DNA of 50,533 nucleotides from Candidatus Parcubacteria bacterium. Lineage in GTDB: Bacteria; Patescibacteriota; Minisyncoccia; Phycocordibacterales; UBA5272. Positions 20,520-30,728 of this stretch are shown in pieces. The notes below the pieces were generated by a model, which saw only the letters and a program-made list of their open reading frames with translations, was not told the origin of the DNA and did no database searches. Location: assembly GCA_039805745.1 (NCBI GenBank), contig JBDLTQ010000014.1:1-50533 (forward strand), in the 5' to 3' direction. The position numbers were made by a program, and so were the translations under genes. Each line of letters begins with the position of its first letter. Position 1 is the stretch's first letter.

Positions 20520-21191
20520 TTACCATATAATCGGTTTTTTATGATGATCAACGAGATACGTATTACATTGTGAAAAATGCTTACACCCAAAAAACCCAGA
20601 ATATGCTGAAAACGGTGATGGGTGCGCAGCTTCAAGAACAATATGTTTCGTTGTATCAATAAGATGTTTTTTGCTCTTTGCATAATTCCCCCACAACATA
20701 AAAACAAGATTACTATGCTTATCAGAAAGATGTGAGAGTACTGCGTCAGTGAATATTTCCCATCCTTTTCCTTTGTGAGATGTTGGAGTATGTGCAACAA
20801 CTGATAAGATAGTATTTAAAAGAAAAACACCCTGGCGTGCCCATACTTCTAAATTACCAGAAGAAAAATCTTTTTTAGTATTCATATCGGATTCTATTTC
20901 TTTATATACATTCTGAAGAGATGGAGGAAGTAACACACCTTCTGGAACAGAAAAAGATAACCCCATTGCTTGACCATCTCTATGATATGGATCTTGACCA
21001 AGAATCACAACAGTAACTTTTGAAAATGGCGTTAATTCAAACGCCTTAAAAAGAAGAGATTCTGCTGGGAAAATAACCTTTGTTACATATTCGCTTCTTA
21101 AAAAATCTATTAACTCTACAAAAGAGGTGCTTGTTATTACATCCTTAAGTTCTTCTTTCCATTCCTGTTCAAGTAACACCTCTTTTTTCAT
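20520..21191 (-). CDS. ung: Uracil-DNA glycosylase, family 1
   Basis: GQDPYH water-activating loop, GVLLLN-type motif (GVFLLNT), HPSPFSA. Confidence 0.93.
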   Translation of the reverse strand: MKKEVLLEQEWKEELKDVITSTSFVELIDFLRSEYVTKVIFPAESLLFKAFELTPFSKVTVVILGQDPYHRDGQAMGLSFSVPEGVLLPPSLQNVYKEIESDMNTKKDFSSGNLEVWARQGVFLLNTILSVVAHTPTSHKGKGWEIFTDAVLSHLSDKHSNLVFMLWGNYAKSKKHLIDTTKHIVLEAAHPSPFSAYSGFFGCKHFSQCNTYLVDHHKKPIIW

Positions 21192-21204
21192 ACACTACAC
21201 TGTA

Positions 21205-22470
21205 TCATAAAGAAGAAGCCTCTCCACGCCCAACAGAATCTCCAGCAACATATCCGGTAGACCAGCACAATTGAAGTGAGTATCCACCTGACGGACGACT
21301 AATATGCAACAAGTCACCTGTTATATAGAGGTTATTAATCTTTTTTGACTTCATTGTTTTCATGTCTATCTCATCACAGGGAACACCTCCGTCAACGACA
21401 ATAGCCCTGTCCAACCCCATCAACCCCTCTATTGAAAGAGGAACCCCTGCGAGAAGTTGCACCAACTTCTTACGTTCATCTTTTGTAACAGAATGAACCT
21501 TTTTAGAGATATCTACCATATTCTTAACCTCGTGAAGAACACCTTTATGTGGTCCATCTACCAGAACATCCTTAAGAACATTTTTTAATTCTTTATTTTT
21601 ATTAGCATCAAAAATAGAAACAATATGAGTATCGAGAGTCCCTATATCAGTATCTGGAAAAAAATTAATTGTAGCAGTCACTTCCCCTGTCTGAAGAAGT
21701 TCAGCAATCTTGTGTGAGCTATTCAAAATTAAAGGACCAGAAAGACCAAAATGAGTGAAAAGAACCCTGCCACGTATAGTGAATTGTTTTTTCATATCCA
21801 CAAAAAATGTAACTTTTGCATCATCTACAGTAACCCCTGCTGACTCATGGACCCACACACTTGATGAAGCAATTGGTACAAGGGTTGGTGTTGGTGTTAC
21901 TACAGTATGGCCAAGCTCTTGAAGCCATGTAAAACCATCCCCCGTAGAACCTGTCTCTTTATGTGAGGTGCCTCCAGTTGCGAGAATATATTCTTTCGCA
22001 CGAAAAATAGACGCACCAGAACACACTGAATCTATCCGAGCACCATCTCGAATAATACGAGTTACAGATGAAGAAGTGCGCACCGAAACAGTGCCTTTAC
22101 GAAGAGATGTTTCCAGCACTTTCTCAACATCATCTGCGTTATATGTTGAAGGAAATGCTCGTTTATTTGCCTCCACAACAAGAGGTAGTCCACGTTCTTC
22201 AAAAAACCGAAAAGTGTCCGCAACACCAAATATATCAAAAAGAGAATATAAAAATGGTTCTGCTTTTCCATATTTTTTAAGAAGCAGTCTTGTGTCATAC
22301 TCTGCATTTGTGATATTACATCGACCTCCACCAGAAATACGAAGTTTTTCGCCGAGACGTTTATTTTTCTCAAGAAGAAGCACCTTTTTCCCTCTCTCTG
22401 CGACCCTACAGGCGGCCATCATACCAGAAGGACCTCCTCCTATTATAATCAAATCATAGATATCATCCAT
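21205..22470 (-). CDS. FAD-dependent oxidoreductase, HI0933/YhiN (BaiN-like) family
   Basis: DLIIIGGGPSGMMAA dinucleotide fold, SGGGRCNITN, C-terminal GYSLQLCWSTGYVAG. Confidence 0.85.
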   Translation of the reverse strand: MDDIYDLIIIGGGPSGMMAACRVAERGKKVLLLEKNKRLGEKLRISGGGRCNITNAEYDTRLLLKKYGKAEPFLYSLFDIFGVADTFRFFEERGLPLVVEANKRAFPSTYNADDVEKVLETSLRKGTVSVRTSSSVTRIIRDGARIDSVCSGASIFRAKEYILATGGTSHKETGSTGDGFTWLQELGHTVVTPTPTLVPIASSSVWVHESAGVTVDDAKVTFFVDMKKQFTIRGRVLFTHFGLSGPLILNSSHKIAELLQTGEVTATINFFPDTDIGTLDTHIVSIFDANKNKELKNVLKDVLVDGPHKGVLHEVKNMVDISKKVHSVTKDERKKLVQLLAGVPLSIEGLMGLDRAIVVDGGVPCDEIDMKTMKSKKINNLYITGDLLHISRPSGGYSLQLCWSTGYVAGDSVGRGEASSL

Positions 22471-22616
22471 ACACCTATGCTATCCCAAAATAAGAGAAAA
22501 GTCTAAAAAAAACAAACAAGTGATATATCAGATAAGCACCTAACCACCAGATACTTGATACTAATAAAGTTTTCCCCTTTCACCATACTGTATCGCAAGC
22601 TATACTCAAGCATGTA

Positions 22617-23882
22617 ATGTCCGCTAAAAAAAAGGTACTCATGTTTGGCTGGGAATACCCACCATACCATAGCGGTGGTTTGGGTGTTGCCTGCAAAGGG
22701 ATGGCTCACGCACTCATTGATAATGATGTGCATGTTTGTTTTGTGCTCCCTACAACACTTACAGTTACTGATGAAAAAGTTCCTCTTCTCTTTGCTGATA
22801 CAGCAATATCAACAGCAAAAAAAACAACCACCCGCCAATCACCCCACCTTGAAACACTTGCTCGTGAACTATATAACCCCTATCTTTCTTCTGTTCAATA
22901 CGAAATAAAACTTGCTGAATTTATACAAGCAGGAGGAACTATTGTCCCTCGAACACTCTTTGAACAAGTAGAGCACTACGGCACTCTTATGAACATTCTT
23001 CCACGGTCAGCTTTTCAGGGTGTTGATATTATCCATGCTCATGACTGGCTCTGCTTTCCTGCTGGTATTGCAGCAAAAAAAATAACAGGAAAACCTCTTA
23101 TTGCACACATTCATGCGACAGAATTTGATAGATGTGCAGGTAACACTGTCAATGAATATGTCTATAACAAAGAACGAGAAGGTATGCATATCGCAGATCA
23201 TATTATTACAGTGAGTGAACTTACAAAAAATACAGTTATTGAAAAATATGGAATACATAAAGATAAGATCACTGTGATACATAATGGGAATACACAACCC
23301 GTCACACAAGTAAGTAATCGTTTTGAATCACTTCGTGGTCTTAAGCAAGGTGGAGCAAAAATAGTCCTCTTTGCAGGTCGTATCACTATACAAAAAGGTG
23401 TTGACTACTTTATCCACGCCGCACAAAGAGTGCTTGAGCATGATAAGGGTGTATACTTTATTGTAGCGGGTACTGGTGATATGGAAGAGCAAATTAAATC
23501 ACTTGTTAAACGCTTAAATATTAGTAATCATTTTTTGTTTACTGGGTACTATACACTTGAAGATTCACCAACACTTTTTGCACTTGCAGATGTTGTTGTG
23601 GTTCCGTCAGTATCAGAACCATTTGGTATTATCCCTCTTGAGTCGATGAGTCATGGGGTTCCAATCATCCTCTCCAAGCAATCTGGCGCTTCAGAAGTAA
23701 TAAGCCACGCACTTAAAGTTGACTTTTGGGACACCGAAAAAATAGCAAGCGATATTCTTGCTATCATACATCACGCACCTCTTAGAACAACACTGCGAGA
23801 TGAGGGTAAACATCAAGTTTCAGGTATTACATGGGATAAGGCGGCAAAAAAAATTAAGCATCTTTATACCACACTTTCATAA
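22617..23882 (+). CDS. Glycogen-synthase-like glycosyltransferase (GT-B, GT4/GT5 type)
   Basis: N-terminus KVLMFGWEYPPYHSGGLGVACKG resembles archaeal/bacterial glycogen synthases. E-x7-E region SEPFGIIPLESMSHGVPII. Confidence 0.8.
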   Translation: MSAKKKVLMFGWEYPPYHSGGLGVACKGMAHALIDNDVHVCFVLPTTLTVTDEKVPLLFADTAISTAKKTTTRQSPHLETLARELYNPYLSSVQYEIKLAEFIQAGGTIVPRTLFEQVEHYGTLMNILPRSAFQGVDIIHAHDWLCFPAGIAAKKITGKPLIAHIHATEFDRCAGNTVNEYVYNKEREGMHIADHIITVSELTKNTVIEKYGIHKDKITVIHNGNTQPVTQVSNRFESLRGLKQGGAKIVLFAGRITIQKGVDYFIHAAQRVLEHDKGVYFIVAGTGDMEEQIKSLVKRLNISNHFLFTGYYTLEDSPTLFALADVVVVPSVSEPFGIIPLESMSHGVPIILSKQSGASEVISHALKVDFWDTEKIASDILAIIHHAPLRTTLRDEGKHQVSGITWDKAAKKIKHLYTTLS

Positions 23883-23891
23883 TCTATCACT

Positions 23892-25088
23892 ATGCTCACT
23901 ATAGCTCTCTACCTCAAAACACATCAACCATTTCGTATTAAACACTACCGAGCTTTTGATATTGGTCATGACCATGACTATTTTAATGACAAAGGCGATG
24001 GTAATACTAACAATGTAAAAATCCTTAAAAAAATTTGCGAGAAATCATACAAACCAACAAACAAGCTTCTTCTTGAGCTTCTCAAAAAACACCCTGAATT
24101 CAAGTTTAGTATTTCATTATCAGGAACACTTCTTGAACAATTAGAAGAACATGCACCGGCAACCCTTGAGACTTTCAAAAAACTTATAGATACAGGACGT
24201 GTTGAAGTGCTCGGAGAAACGTATTATCACTCATTAGCTTTTTATTATTCTCTTTCAGAATTCGAAGAGCAAGTAAAAATGCAAAATAAAATACTCAAAC
24301 GTATTTTCGGAATAACACCAAAAGTATTTTCGAACACGGAGCTCGCATATCGTAATGATCTAGCATCATGGGCAGAACAAAATCGCTACAAAGGCATTAT
24401 CGCTGAAGGATGGGACCCAATCCTTGGATGGAGATCGTCAAATTTTGTCTACCAACCAAAAGGAACAGAAAAAATAAAACTTTTACTTAAAAACTATCGC
24501 CTGTCTGATGATATCGCCTTTCGTTTTGGGGACAGAAATTGGTCAGAATGGCCACTTACCGCAGGCAAGTTCGGGAGCTGGGTCGGAGCGTTGCATGGTA
24601 ATGCAGAAACCATCAATCTTTTTATGGATTATGAAACCTTCGGTGAGCATCAATGGGAATCTACCGGCATCTTTGACTTCCTCAAACATCTCCCTGAAGA
24701 AATACTAAAAAATAAAAACAATGGATTCTTAACATTATCCGAAACATGTAAAACATACAAAGCTCATGATACTGTGGATATGCCATATATTGTGACATGG
24801 GCAGACACCGAAAGAGACCTCTCTGCATGGACAGGTAACGCAATGCAACAGTCATCCATAGCTGAGCTCTATCGTATCGAAAAACAAATTCTTAGCACCA
24901 AGGACAAAAAAATTATTGATGACTGGCGCAAGCTTCAGACATCAGACCATGTCTACTACATGTGCACCAAGTGGTTTGCTGACGGCGATGTACATAAATA
25001 CTTTTCACCATACGATTCTCCATATGAAGCTTTTATAGCGTTTACTAATGCTCTTGCTGATCTAAAATTGCGAGCGCATATTGCATAA
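23892..25088 (+). CDS. Glycoside hydrolase family 57 (alpha-amylase/branching-enzyme type)
   Basis: N-terminal LKTHQPFR block, NTELAY, DYETFGEHQW and WTGNAMQ blocks typical of GH57. Confidence 0.8.
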   Translation: MLTIALYLKTHQPFRIKHYRAFDIGHDHDYFNDKGDGNTNNVKILKKICEKSYKPTNKLLLELLKKHPEFKFSISLSGTLLEQLEEHAPATLETFKKLIDTGRVEVLGETYYHSLAFYYSLSEFEEQVKMQNKILKRIFGITPKVFSNTELAYRNDLASWAEQNRYKGIIAEGWDPILGWRSSNFVYQPKGTEKIKLLLKNYRLSDDIAFRFGDRNWSEWPLTAGKFGSWVGALHGNAETINLFMDYETFGEHQWESTGIFDFLKHLPEEILKNKNNGFLTLSETCKTYKAHDTVDMPYIVTWADTERDLSAWTGNAMQQSSIAELYRIEKQILSTKDKKIIDDWRKLQTSDHVYYMCTKWFADGDVHKYFSPYDSPYEAFIAFTNALADLKLRAHIA

Positions 25089-25094
25089 CACTAC

Positions 25095-27056
25095 ATGTCT
25101 ACATCACTCACACTTGCAAATGGAAATATTCTTGTAGGTATCAACAACAGAGGTCTTGTGAGTGATTTTTTCTTTCCATATGTTGGAGTAGAAAACCATG
25201 TTCGAGGAGAATCTCACCGTATTGGTGTATGGCAACACGGCAAACTCTCATGGCTTACAGATGATGTGTGGGATATCACAGTATGTTTAGGAAATGACTC
25301 TTTTGTTGGTACGACACGATGCTATAACAAAGAAACCAATCTCGAACTTCTCTTTACTGATGTTGTCTATAATGAAAAAAATATCTTTATACGTGAAGTA
25401 GCGGTTACCAATCATAGTGAGCACACCGAAGAAATAAAACTTTTCTTTCATCAAGTATTCTCTATCTACGGAACACCTCAAGAAGACACCACATATTTTG
25501 ATCCTATAAAAAATACCATTATTCAATATGAAGGGAGGCGTGTTTTCATGATATATGGAGAGGTAAGCGATATACCATTTGACGAATACAGTGTAGGGCT
25601 TTACGGTATAGAAGGAAAAGAAGGAACATTTCGTGATGCAGAAGATGGCATACTATCAAAAAATCCTATTGAGCACGGCCATGTTGATTCAACCCTCTCC
25701 CTCTCTATAACAGTACAAGCCAATGAGACAAAAAAAGCTCACTACTGGGTTACGGTTGGCGAAACAAAAGCAGAAGTATATGAACTCCACGAATATGTTA
25801 AGTACAAACGAGCAACACATCTCATTGACGCAACAACAAAATTCTGGCGAGCGTGGTTACATCGTCACACAGCACTATCTATTGATGAAAAAGAGTCAAA
25901 GTACATAGATCTTTTTAAAAAATCACTTTTCTACATTCGAGGTAATATCGATAATCGTGGAGCAATCCTCGCATCCGGTGACTCGACAATGTTACAAAAT
26001 GGACGAGATACCTATAGCTACATGTGGCCACGAGATGGGGCCATGACGGTGCTTGCTTTGCTTGAAGTTGGTGAATACAATATCTCGAAGCACTTCTTTA
26101 AATTTTGTAATGATGTTATAGAACCAGATGGATATCTTATGCATAAATACCGAGCAGATAAATCTCCTGGTAGTTCATGGCATCCATTTATACGACACGA
26201 TAAACACATTCTGCCGATACAAGAAGATGAGACGGCGCTTATGCTTATCGCTTTATGGGATTACTACGAAAAAACTAAAGACATTGAGTTTATTGATAGT
26301 CACTACTATAGCGTGATTAAAAAAGCAGCTAATTTTCTCGCTGATTTTATCGATCATGACTCAGGTCTTCCCCTTCCTAGTTATGACCTATGGGAAGAAA
26401 AATACGGCGTATCGACTTTTACCGCATGTACTGTTTATGGAGCATTACAATCTGCAGCAAAATTTGCCAATCTTTTCGAAAAAGAAAATACAGAGCATCG
26501 CTATCAGATGGTTGCAGACAGGATGCGTGAAGCAATACTACAGACTCTTTATGATAAAGATCTTGGCATGTTTATCAAAATGGAAAACAGAGAAAATGGA
26601 ATAACAACTCGTGATACCACGATTGATATGTCTAGTATATACGCTATCTATACGTATGGAATACTTGATGTTCATCACCCTATTGTTACAGAATGTATTC
26701 AAACAATTGAGAACAGACTACGACTTCATGAGGGAGTTGATGGTATTCCGCGATATGAAGGTGATACCTATTATATGCGTGTAGAAGGAAAACCTAACCC
26801 ATGGTATATCACAACATTATGGCTCGCTCAGTACTACGCACTAAAAGCAGAAACAGCAAGCGATCTTAATACTGTACGTTATTGGCTTAATTGGGTTGTC
26901 TTACACTCATCTCATTCTGGTGTCCTTTCAGAACAAATCCACCCTTTTACAGGAGAGCAGCTTTCAGCAACGCCTCTCACGTGGAGCCATGCCGAATACA
27001 TCAGAACAATCCTTCGCTACAATGAAGCAACTATACGTATCACAAAACCTAATTAA
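25095..27056 (+). CDS. Glycoside hydrolase family 15 (glucoamylase/glucodextranase type)
   Basis: YSYMWPRDGA, catalytic DLWEEKYG, (alpha/alpha)6-barrel-sized C-terminal half after a beta-sandwich N-domain. Confidence 0.88.
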   Translation: MSTSLTLANGNILVGINNRGLVSDFFFPYVGVENHVRGESHRIGVWQHGKLSWLTDDVWDITVCLGNDSFVGTTRCYNKETNLELLFTDVVYNEKNIFIREVAVTNHSEHTEEIKLFFHQVFSIYGTPQEDTTYFDPIKNTIIQYEGRRVFMIYGEVSDIPFDEYSVGLYGIEGKEGTFRDAEDGILSKNPIEHGHVDSTLSLSITVQANETKKAHYWVTVGETKAEVYELHEYVKYKRATHLIDATTKFWRAWLHRHTALSIDEKESKYIDLFKKSLFYIRGNIDNRGAILASGDSTMLQNGRDTYSYMWPRDGAMTVLALLEVGEYNISKHFFKFCNDVIEPDGYLMHKYRADKSPGSSWHPFIRHDKHILPIQEDETALMLIALWDYYEKTKDIEFIDSHYYSVIKKAANFLADFIDHDSGLPLPSYDLWEEKYGVSTFTACTVYGALQSAAKFANLFEKENTEHRYQMVADRMREAILQTLYDKDLGMFIKMENRENGITTRDTTIDMSSIYAIYTYGILDVHHPIVTECIQTIENRLRLHEGVDGIPRYEGDTYYMRVEGKPNPWYITTLWLAQYYALKAETASDLNTVRYWLNWVVLHSSHSGVLSEQIHPFTGEQLSATPLTWSHAEYIRTILRYNEATIRITKPN

Positions 27057-27064
27057 TACACACC

Positions 27065-28033
27065 ATGGAACCAACCCTTCAACCACTATACACCATCAAA
27101 GAACAAACACTCCTTCGTCCAGCGATTGTCTCTTTATCTCACAAAAAAACATATACATCATATGTTGTTGTGGGTATGGGAGGATCGGCTACAAGTGTAC
27201 TACTTTTAAAGATGTTCTTCCCTTCACTTCCTATCACTCTTCATAATGGATATGGACTCCCTCTTCACCTTGCTACAGACTCGACTCTCATCATCCTCAA
27301 TTCTTATTCTGGTAACACAGAAGAAGTTCTCGATGCATACACACGTGGAAGCACTCTCCATATTGATATGGTGATGGTGAGTTGCGGAGGTGAACTCATT
27401 ACTCTCGCAGAAAACAATGCTGTACCGCATATTGTACTCCCTCACAATGGACTAGAACCTCGTTTTGCGATTATTCACCAAATGATTGCCATTCTGACAC
27501 TTATGGATGAACATGACAAAATAGAAGAACTTACAGAGTATGTCAATCGTATCAATCTACAGACCGCAGACACTCAAGGAAAAATCCTTGCAGAAATGAT
27601 GCATAATAAATATATTGTACTTCATACCACTCAGACACTCTATCCAATTGCTCATGCAATACAAGCAGCAATTACTGAGGGAGCAAAAACACCCTCATTT
27701 GTCAGTATCATTCCTGAAGCCAACCATAACGAACTTCATGGTTTTGTTCGTGATGATACACATGATGAACATGAGCACTTTGCTTTTCTACTTCTTAACT
27801 CTCTCTACGATCATCAGCGTATCCATAAACGATATACTGTTATGGAAGAGCTCTATAAAGAGCGTTCCTTTAGCATCACATCACTTACAAGTGATCATAC
27901 AAATCCTCAAGAAGTACTACAGCTTCTTTTATCTGGATATTTTATGGCGACACACCTAGCGCTACAAAGTGGCACAGAACCATACGCAACACCATTTATT
28001 CAACGTTTTAAGGCGAAGATGATTGAATCATAA
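27065..28033 (+). CDS. Bifunctional phosphoglucose/phosphomannose isomerase (archaeal-type SIS PGI/PMI)
   Basis: SIS motif VVVGMGGSATS, C-terminal PEANHNELHGF block, about 320 aa as in the PGI/PMI family. Confidence 0.78.
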   Translation: MEPTLQPLYTIKEQTLLRPAIVSLSHKKTYTSYVVVGMGGSATSVLLLKMFFPSLPITLHNGYGLPLHLATDSTLIILNSYSGNTEEVLDAYTRGSTLHIDMVMVSCGGELITLAENNAVPHIVLPHNGLEPRFAIIHQMIAILTLMDEHDKIEELTEYVNRINLQTADTQGKILAEMMHNKYIVLHTTQTLYPIAHAIQAAITEGAKTPSFVSIIPEANHNELHGFVRDDTHDEHEHFAFLLLNSLYDHQRIHKRYTVMEELYKERSFSITSLTSDHTNPQEVLQLLLSGYFMATHLALQSGTEPYATPFIQRFKAKMIES

Positions 28034-28042
28034 ACACCAACT

Positions 28043-28849
28043 ATGTATATTCTCTTTGATATCGGTGGCACAAAAACTCGTGTCGCAAAAACAGATGACA
28101 CAATAACCTTCACCTCACCAGTTATTTTTGAGACACCTCAATCTTTTGAAACATGGCTTACAAAAGCAACTGAAGTGGTACAAACACTCAGCGAAGGAAA
28201 TACTATCGATGGTATCGTGACTGGCTTCCCTGGAACACTTCATGAAGATGCAATATCGATCAATAAAGCGCCACATCTTCCTCTCTGGAAAGGTGTGCCT
28301 CTTAAAGAACATTTAGAACATCTCGGGAAATGCCCTGTTATAATCGAAAATGATACCGCGCTCGTTGGTCTCGGTGAGGCAATCTATGGTGCTGGTAAAG
28401 GTCACAGTATCGTCGCCTATCTTACCATAAGCACAGGAGTTAATGGCGTTAGAATTGTGAATAGAGCAATTGATGTTAATATGTATGGTTTTGAAATTGG
28501 TCACACAGTTATTGATGATGACAAGACAGTAGAGCACTTTATATCTGGTGGGGTACTCGAGGAGCGTTACGGTAGACCATCTCATGAAATAAGAGATATT
28601 ACATTATGGGAACAAGTTAACCACTATGCGGGTGTCTTTGGTGCTAATACTATTATGTACTGGTCACCATCTATTGTTATCTACGGTGGCCCTGTTATGA
28701 ATGATCTTCACATTCAGACAATCGAGAAGGAAGCGAAGAAACTCCTCACCATGTACGACAGATGCCCCGTATTTGTACGTGGAGTACTCAAAGATTTAGG
28801 TGGCATCTACGGTGCTCTAGCGCGCGCACAGTCAATGAGGACAATATAG
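28043..28849 (+). CDS. ROK-family sugar kinase (glucokinase-like)
   Basis: MYILFDIGGTKTRVA phosphate-1 motif, ENDTALVGLGEAIYGAGKG ROK signature region. Confidence 0.8.
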   Translation: MYILFDIGGTKTRVAKTDDTITFTSPVIFETPQSFETWLTKATEVVQTLSEGNTIDGIVTGFPGTLHEDAISINKAPHLPLWKGVPLKEHLEHLGKCPVIIENDTALVGLGEAIYGAGKGHSIVAYLTISTGVNGVRIVNRAIDVNMYGFEIGHTVIDDDKTVEHFISGGVLEERYGRPSHEIRDITLWEQVNHYAGVFGANTIMYWSPSIVIYGGPVMNDLHIQTIEKEAKKLLTMYDRCPVFVRGVLKDLGGIYGALARAQSMRTI

Positions 28850-28958
28850 AGGTTAGAGCATAGAATGTAGAGTATAGAATACAGAACATAGAGTTTAGAA
28901 ACCCTTGAAGCCTTCGGCTCCAAGGGTTTCTGGTCTATATTCTAAGTTCTAGATTCTA
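28847..28958. repeat. Heptamer arrays flanking a hairpin: 8 x TAGARNN, 15-bp stem-loop, 4 x inverted NNTTCTA-type units
   Basis: Left array: TAGAGGT TAGAGCA TAGAATG TAGAGTA TAGAATA CAGAACA TAGAGTT TAGAAAC (28847-28902). The first TAG is the ROK stop codon. Hairpin gaaacccttgaagcc/ggctccaagggtttc at 28898-28930. Right array: TGGTCTA TATTCTA AGTTCTA GATTCTA (28931-28958). Confidence 0.85.
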
Positions 28959-28969
28959 AAATCACACAA

Positions 28970-30640
28970 TCACTCCCCAACATCAACATGACTCCATGCA
29001 AAGTCGCTATCTGGATGCACTTTCTTCATTGGGTTGAGAATACCGTGTGGATCAAAAATCTGCTTTGTCTTTTCAAAAAGTTCTATTATTTCTTTAGGGT
29101 ACATAGCATCTAGATACTGAGTACGTAGGAGGCCGTCATTATGTTCCCCTGACATTGACCCTTTATATTCAAAAACAAGCGCGTACACCTCATCCATAAG
29201 CATATGCAGTGTTTCTTTGACACCTTCCTTATGAATATCTACAAGTGGAATGATATGAAAATTAGCATCACCCATATGTCCTGCAACAGTATAGACCAAA
29301 TCCTTATACACCTCCTTAGAAAAAATTGTCTCGAGTTTTGGTAAAAATTCTGGCAGATCACGTGGATGTACCACAATATCATCAATCGTTGGTGCAGTTC
29401 TCATACCTTTCATGCGAGAGCGTAGCAGTGCAAAACTTTCTCGTCTAAATGTCCAATATTTTTTTGCTTCACTTTCTCTTGTTGTACGTTTAATAGGGAG
29501 ATTAAACTGCTTCATATCAGTATACGCTTTCGTCACCTGCGCTGTGACATCTTCTTCAGAGTCTCCAGTAAACTCTGCCATCAGAATAATCTTCGGCACA
29601 CCACCTGTGAGAGCCATCCAGAACTCTGGCAAAAACTGTAGACCAAGCGTGAGCATATTACCACCCATACGAACAGCAATGTCTTTAAAAAATTTGATAG
29701 CTATTTTAAAAGTGTGGTCATCATACGACTCTAGAGTTTCTGGTTTATGCTCAAGCATTTTTACAACAATCTCTCCGAGATGAACAGTGGATGGAACAAA
29801 CATGACAATCATTCGAGAATGACTCTTTGGCTTAACACCTGTAAACGTAACCGACGTAACGCCAGCCAATGTCCCCTGACTCCCAACAATAAGTTTTGAT
29901 AAATCAAAAACACCAGCCTCCTTATCATACACATTCCAAAGATAATATCCAGAAGAATTTTTAGAAACGTTTGGTTTTGCTTGCATGATACGCTCATAAT
30001 TATCATGTATGAGGGTAAACATTTCTTTATGAATTCTTCCACCTTCACTTTTCTCTCTCATTTTCTGTTCTAGCTCCTCATAAGAAAAAGCATGGAGCAT
30101 GTCTCGTGCACCATTTGCATACACAACATCAAGGGATGTAACATATCTCTCCGTCTTGCCATACGTAAGTGTTTTTTCACCCCCTGAATTATTAGAGACG
30201 ATACCACCTATAGCCGCAAGCTCACGTGATGCAGGATAACTTGGCATAATCCACCCTTCTTTTAAGGTTTCTTTTTCAAAATCACGATAATATACCCCTG
30301 GCTCAGCAGTAGCATAGAGAGGGGCTAAATGTGTGACATGGTTCATGTACTTCGTTGTATCAACAACAATAGATGCACAGAGAGACCCTCCCGTCATACA
30401 AGTACCAGCAGCACGTAAGGCAACAGCAATATTCTGCCCCTCTTCTTTCTTCTTTGAAACATACTCAAAAAGATGACTAATATCTTCAGCGTGTTTTGGA
30501 TAGACGACCAGTTCTGGTTTTACATAAAAAAGACTAGTATCACGAGAAACCTTTTCTCTATCTTCATCAAGTAATGAAACATCTCCTTTTAAAAAACTCT
30601 TTATATCTAGCGCAATACTTTCGTAATGAGGTTCTATCAT
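28970..30640 (-). CDS. FAD-linked oxidase (GlcD / D-lactate dehydrogenase-like)
   Basis: PCMH-type FAD-binding N-domain (RAAGTCMTGGS, IGGIVSNNSGG). C-terminal FAD-oxidase_C with GSMSGEHNDGLLR. Confidence 0.85.
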   Translation of the reverse strand: MIEPHYESIALDIKSFLKGDVSLLDEDREKVSRDTSLFYVKPELVVYPKHAEDISHLFEYVSKKKEEGQNIAVALRAAGTCMTGGSLCASIVVDTTKYMNHVTHLAPLYATAEPGVYYRDFEKETLKEGWIMPSYPASRELAAIGGIVSNNSGGEKTLTYGKTERYVTSLDVVYANGARDMLHAFSYEELEQKMREKSEGGRIHKEMFTLIHDNYERIMQAKPNVSKNSSGYYLWNVYDKEAGVFDLSKLIVGSQGTLAGVTSVTFTGVKPKSHSRMIVMFVPSTVHLGEIVVKMLEHKPETLESYDDHTFKIAIKFFKDIAVRMGGNMLTLGLQFLPEFWMALTGGVPKIILMAEFTGDSEEDVTAQVTKAYTDMKQFNLPIKRTTRESEAKKYWTFRRESFALLRSRMKGMRTAPTIDDIVVHPRDLPEFLPKLETIFSKEVYKDLVYTVAGHMGDANFHIIPLVDIHKEGVKETLHMLMDEVYALVFEYKGSMSGEHNDGLLRTQYLDAMYPKEIIELFEKTKQIFDPHGILNPMKKVHPDSDFAWSHVDVGE

Positions 30641-30728
30641 ATAAGAAAAAGTATATCACACACAATGTACACTGCTACTGTAATAGCTACCTACAGGACA
30701 TTCAAAACAAGAACATTCTACAAGAGAG

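Noticed and set aside
21968-22459. 163-aa plus-strand ORF
   Set aside because: It is antisense to the HI0933-family flavoprotein, which has clear FAD motifs. Its translation is an R/S/P-rich low-complexity mirror product.
28847-28958. Heptamer arrays as a CRISPR array
   Set aside because: The units are 7 nt and contiguous with no spacers. There are no cas genes in the window.
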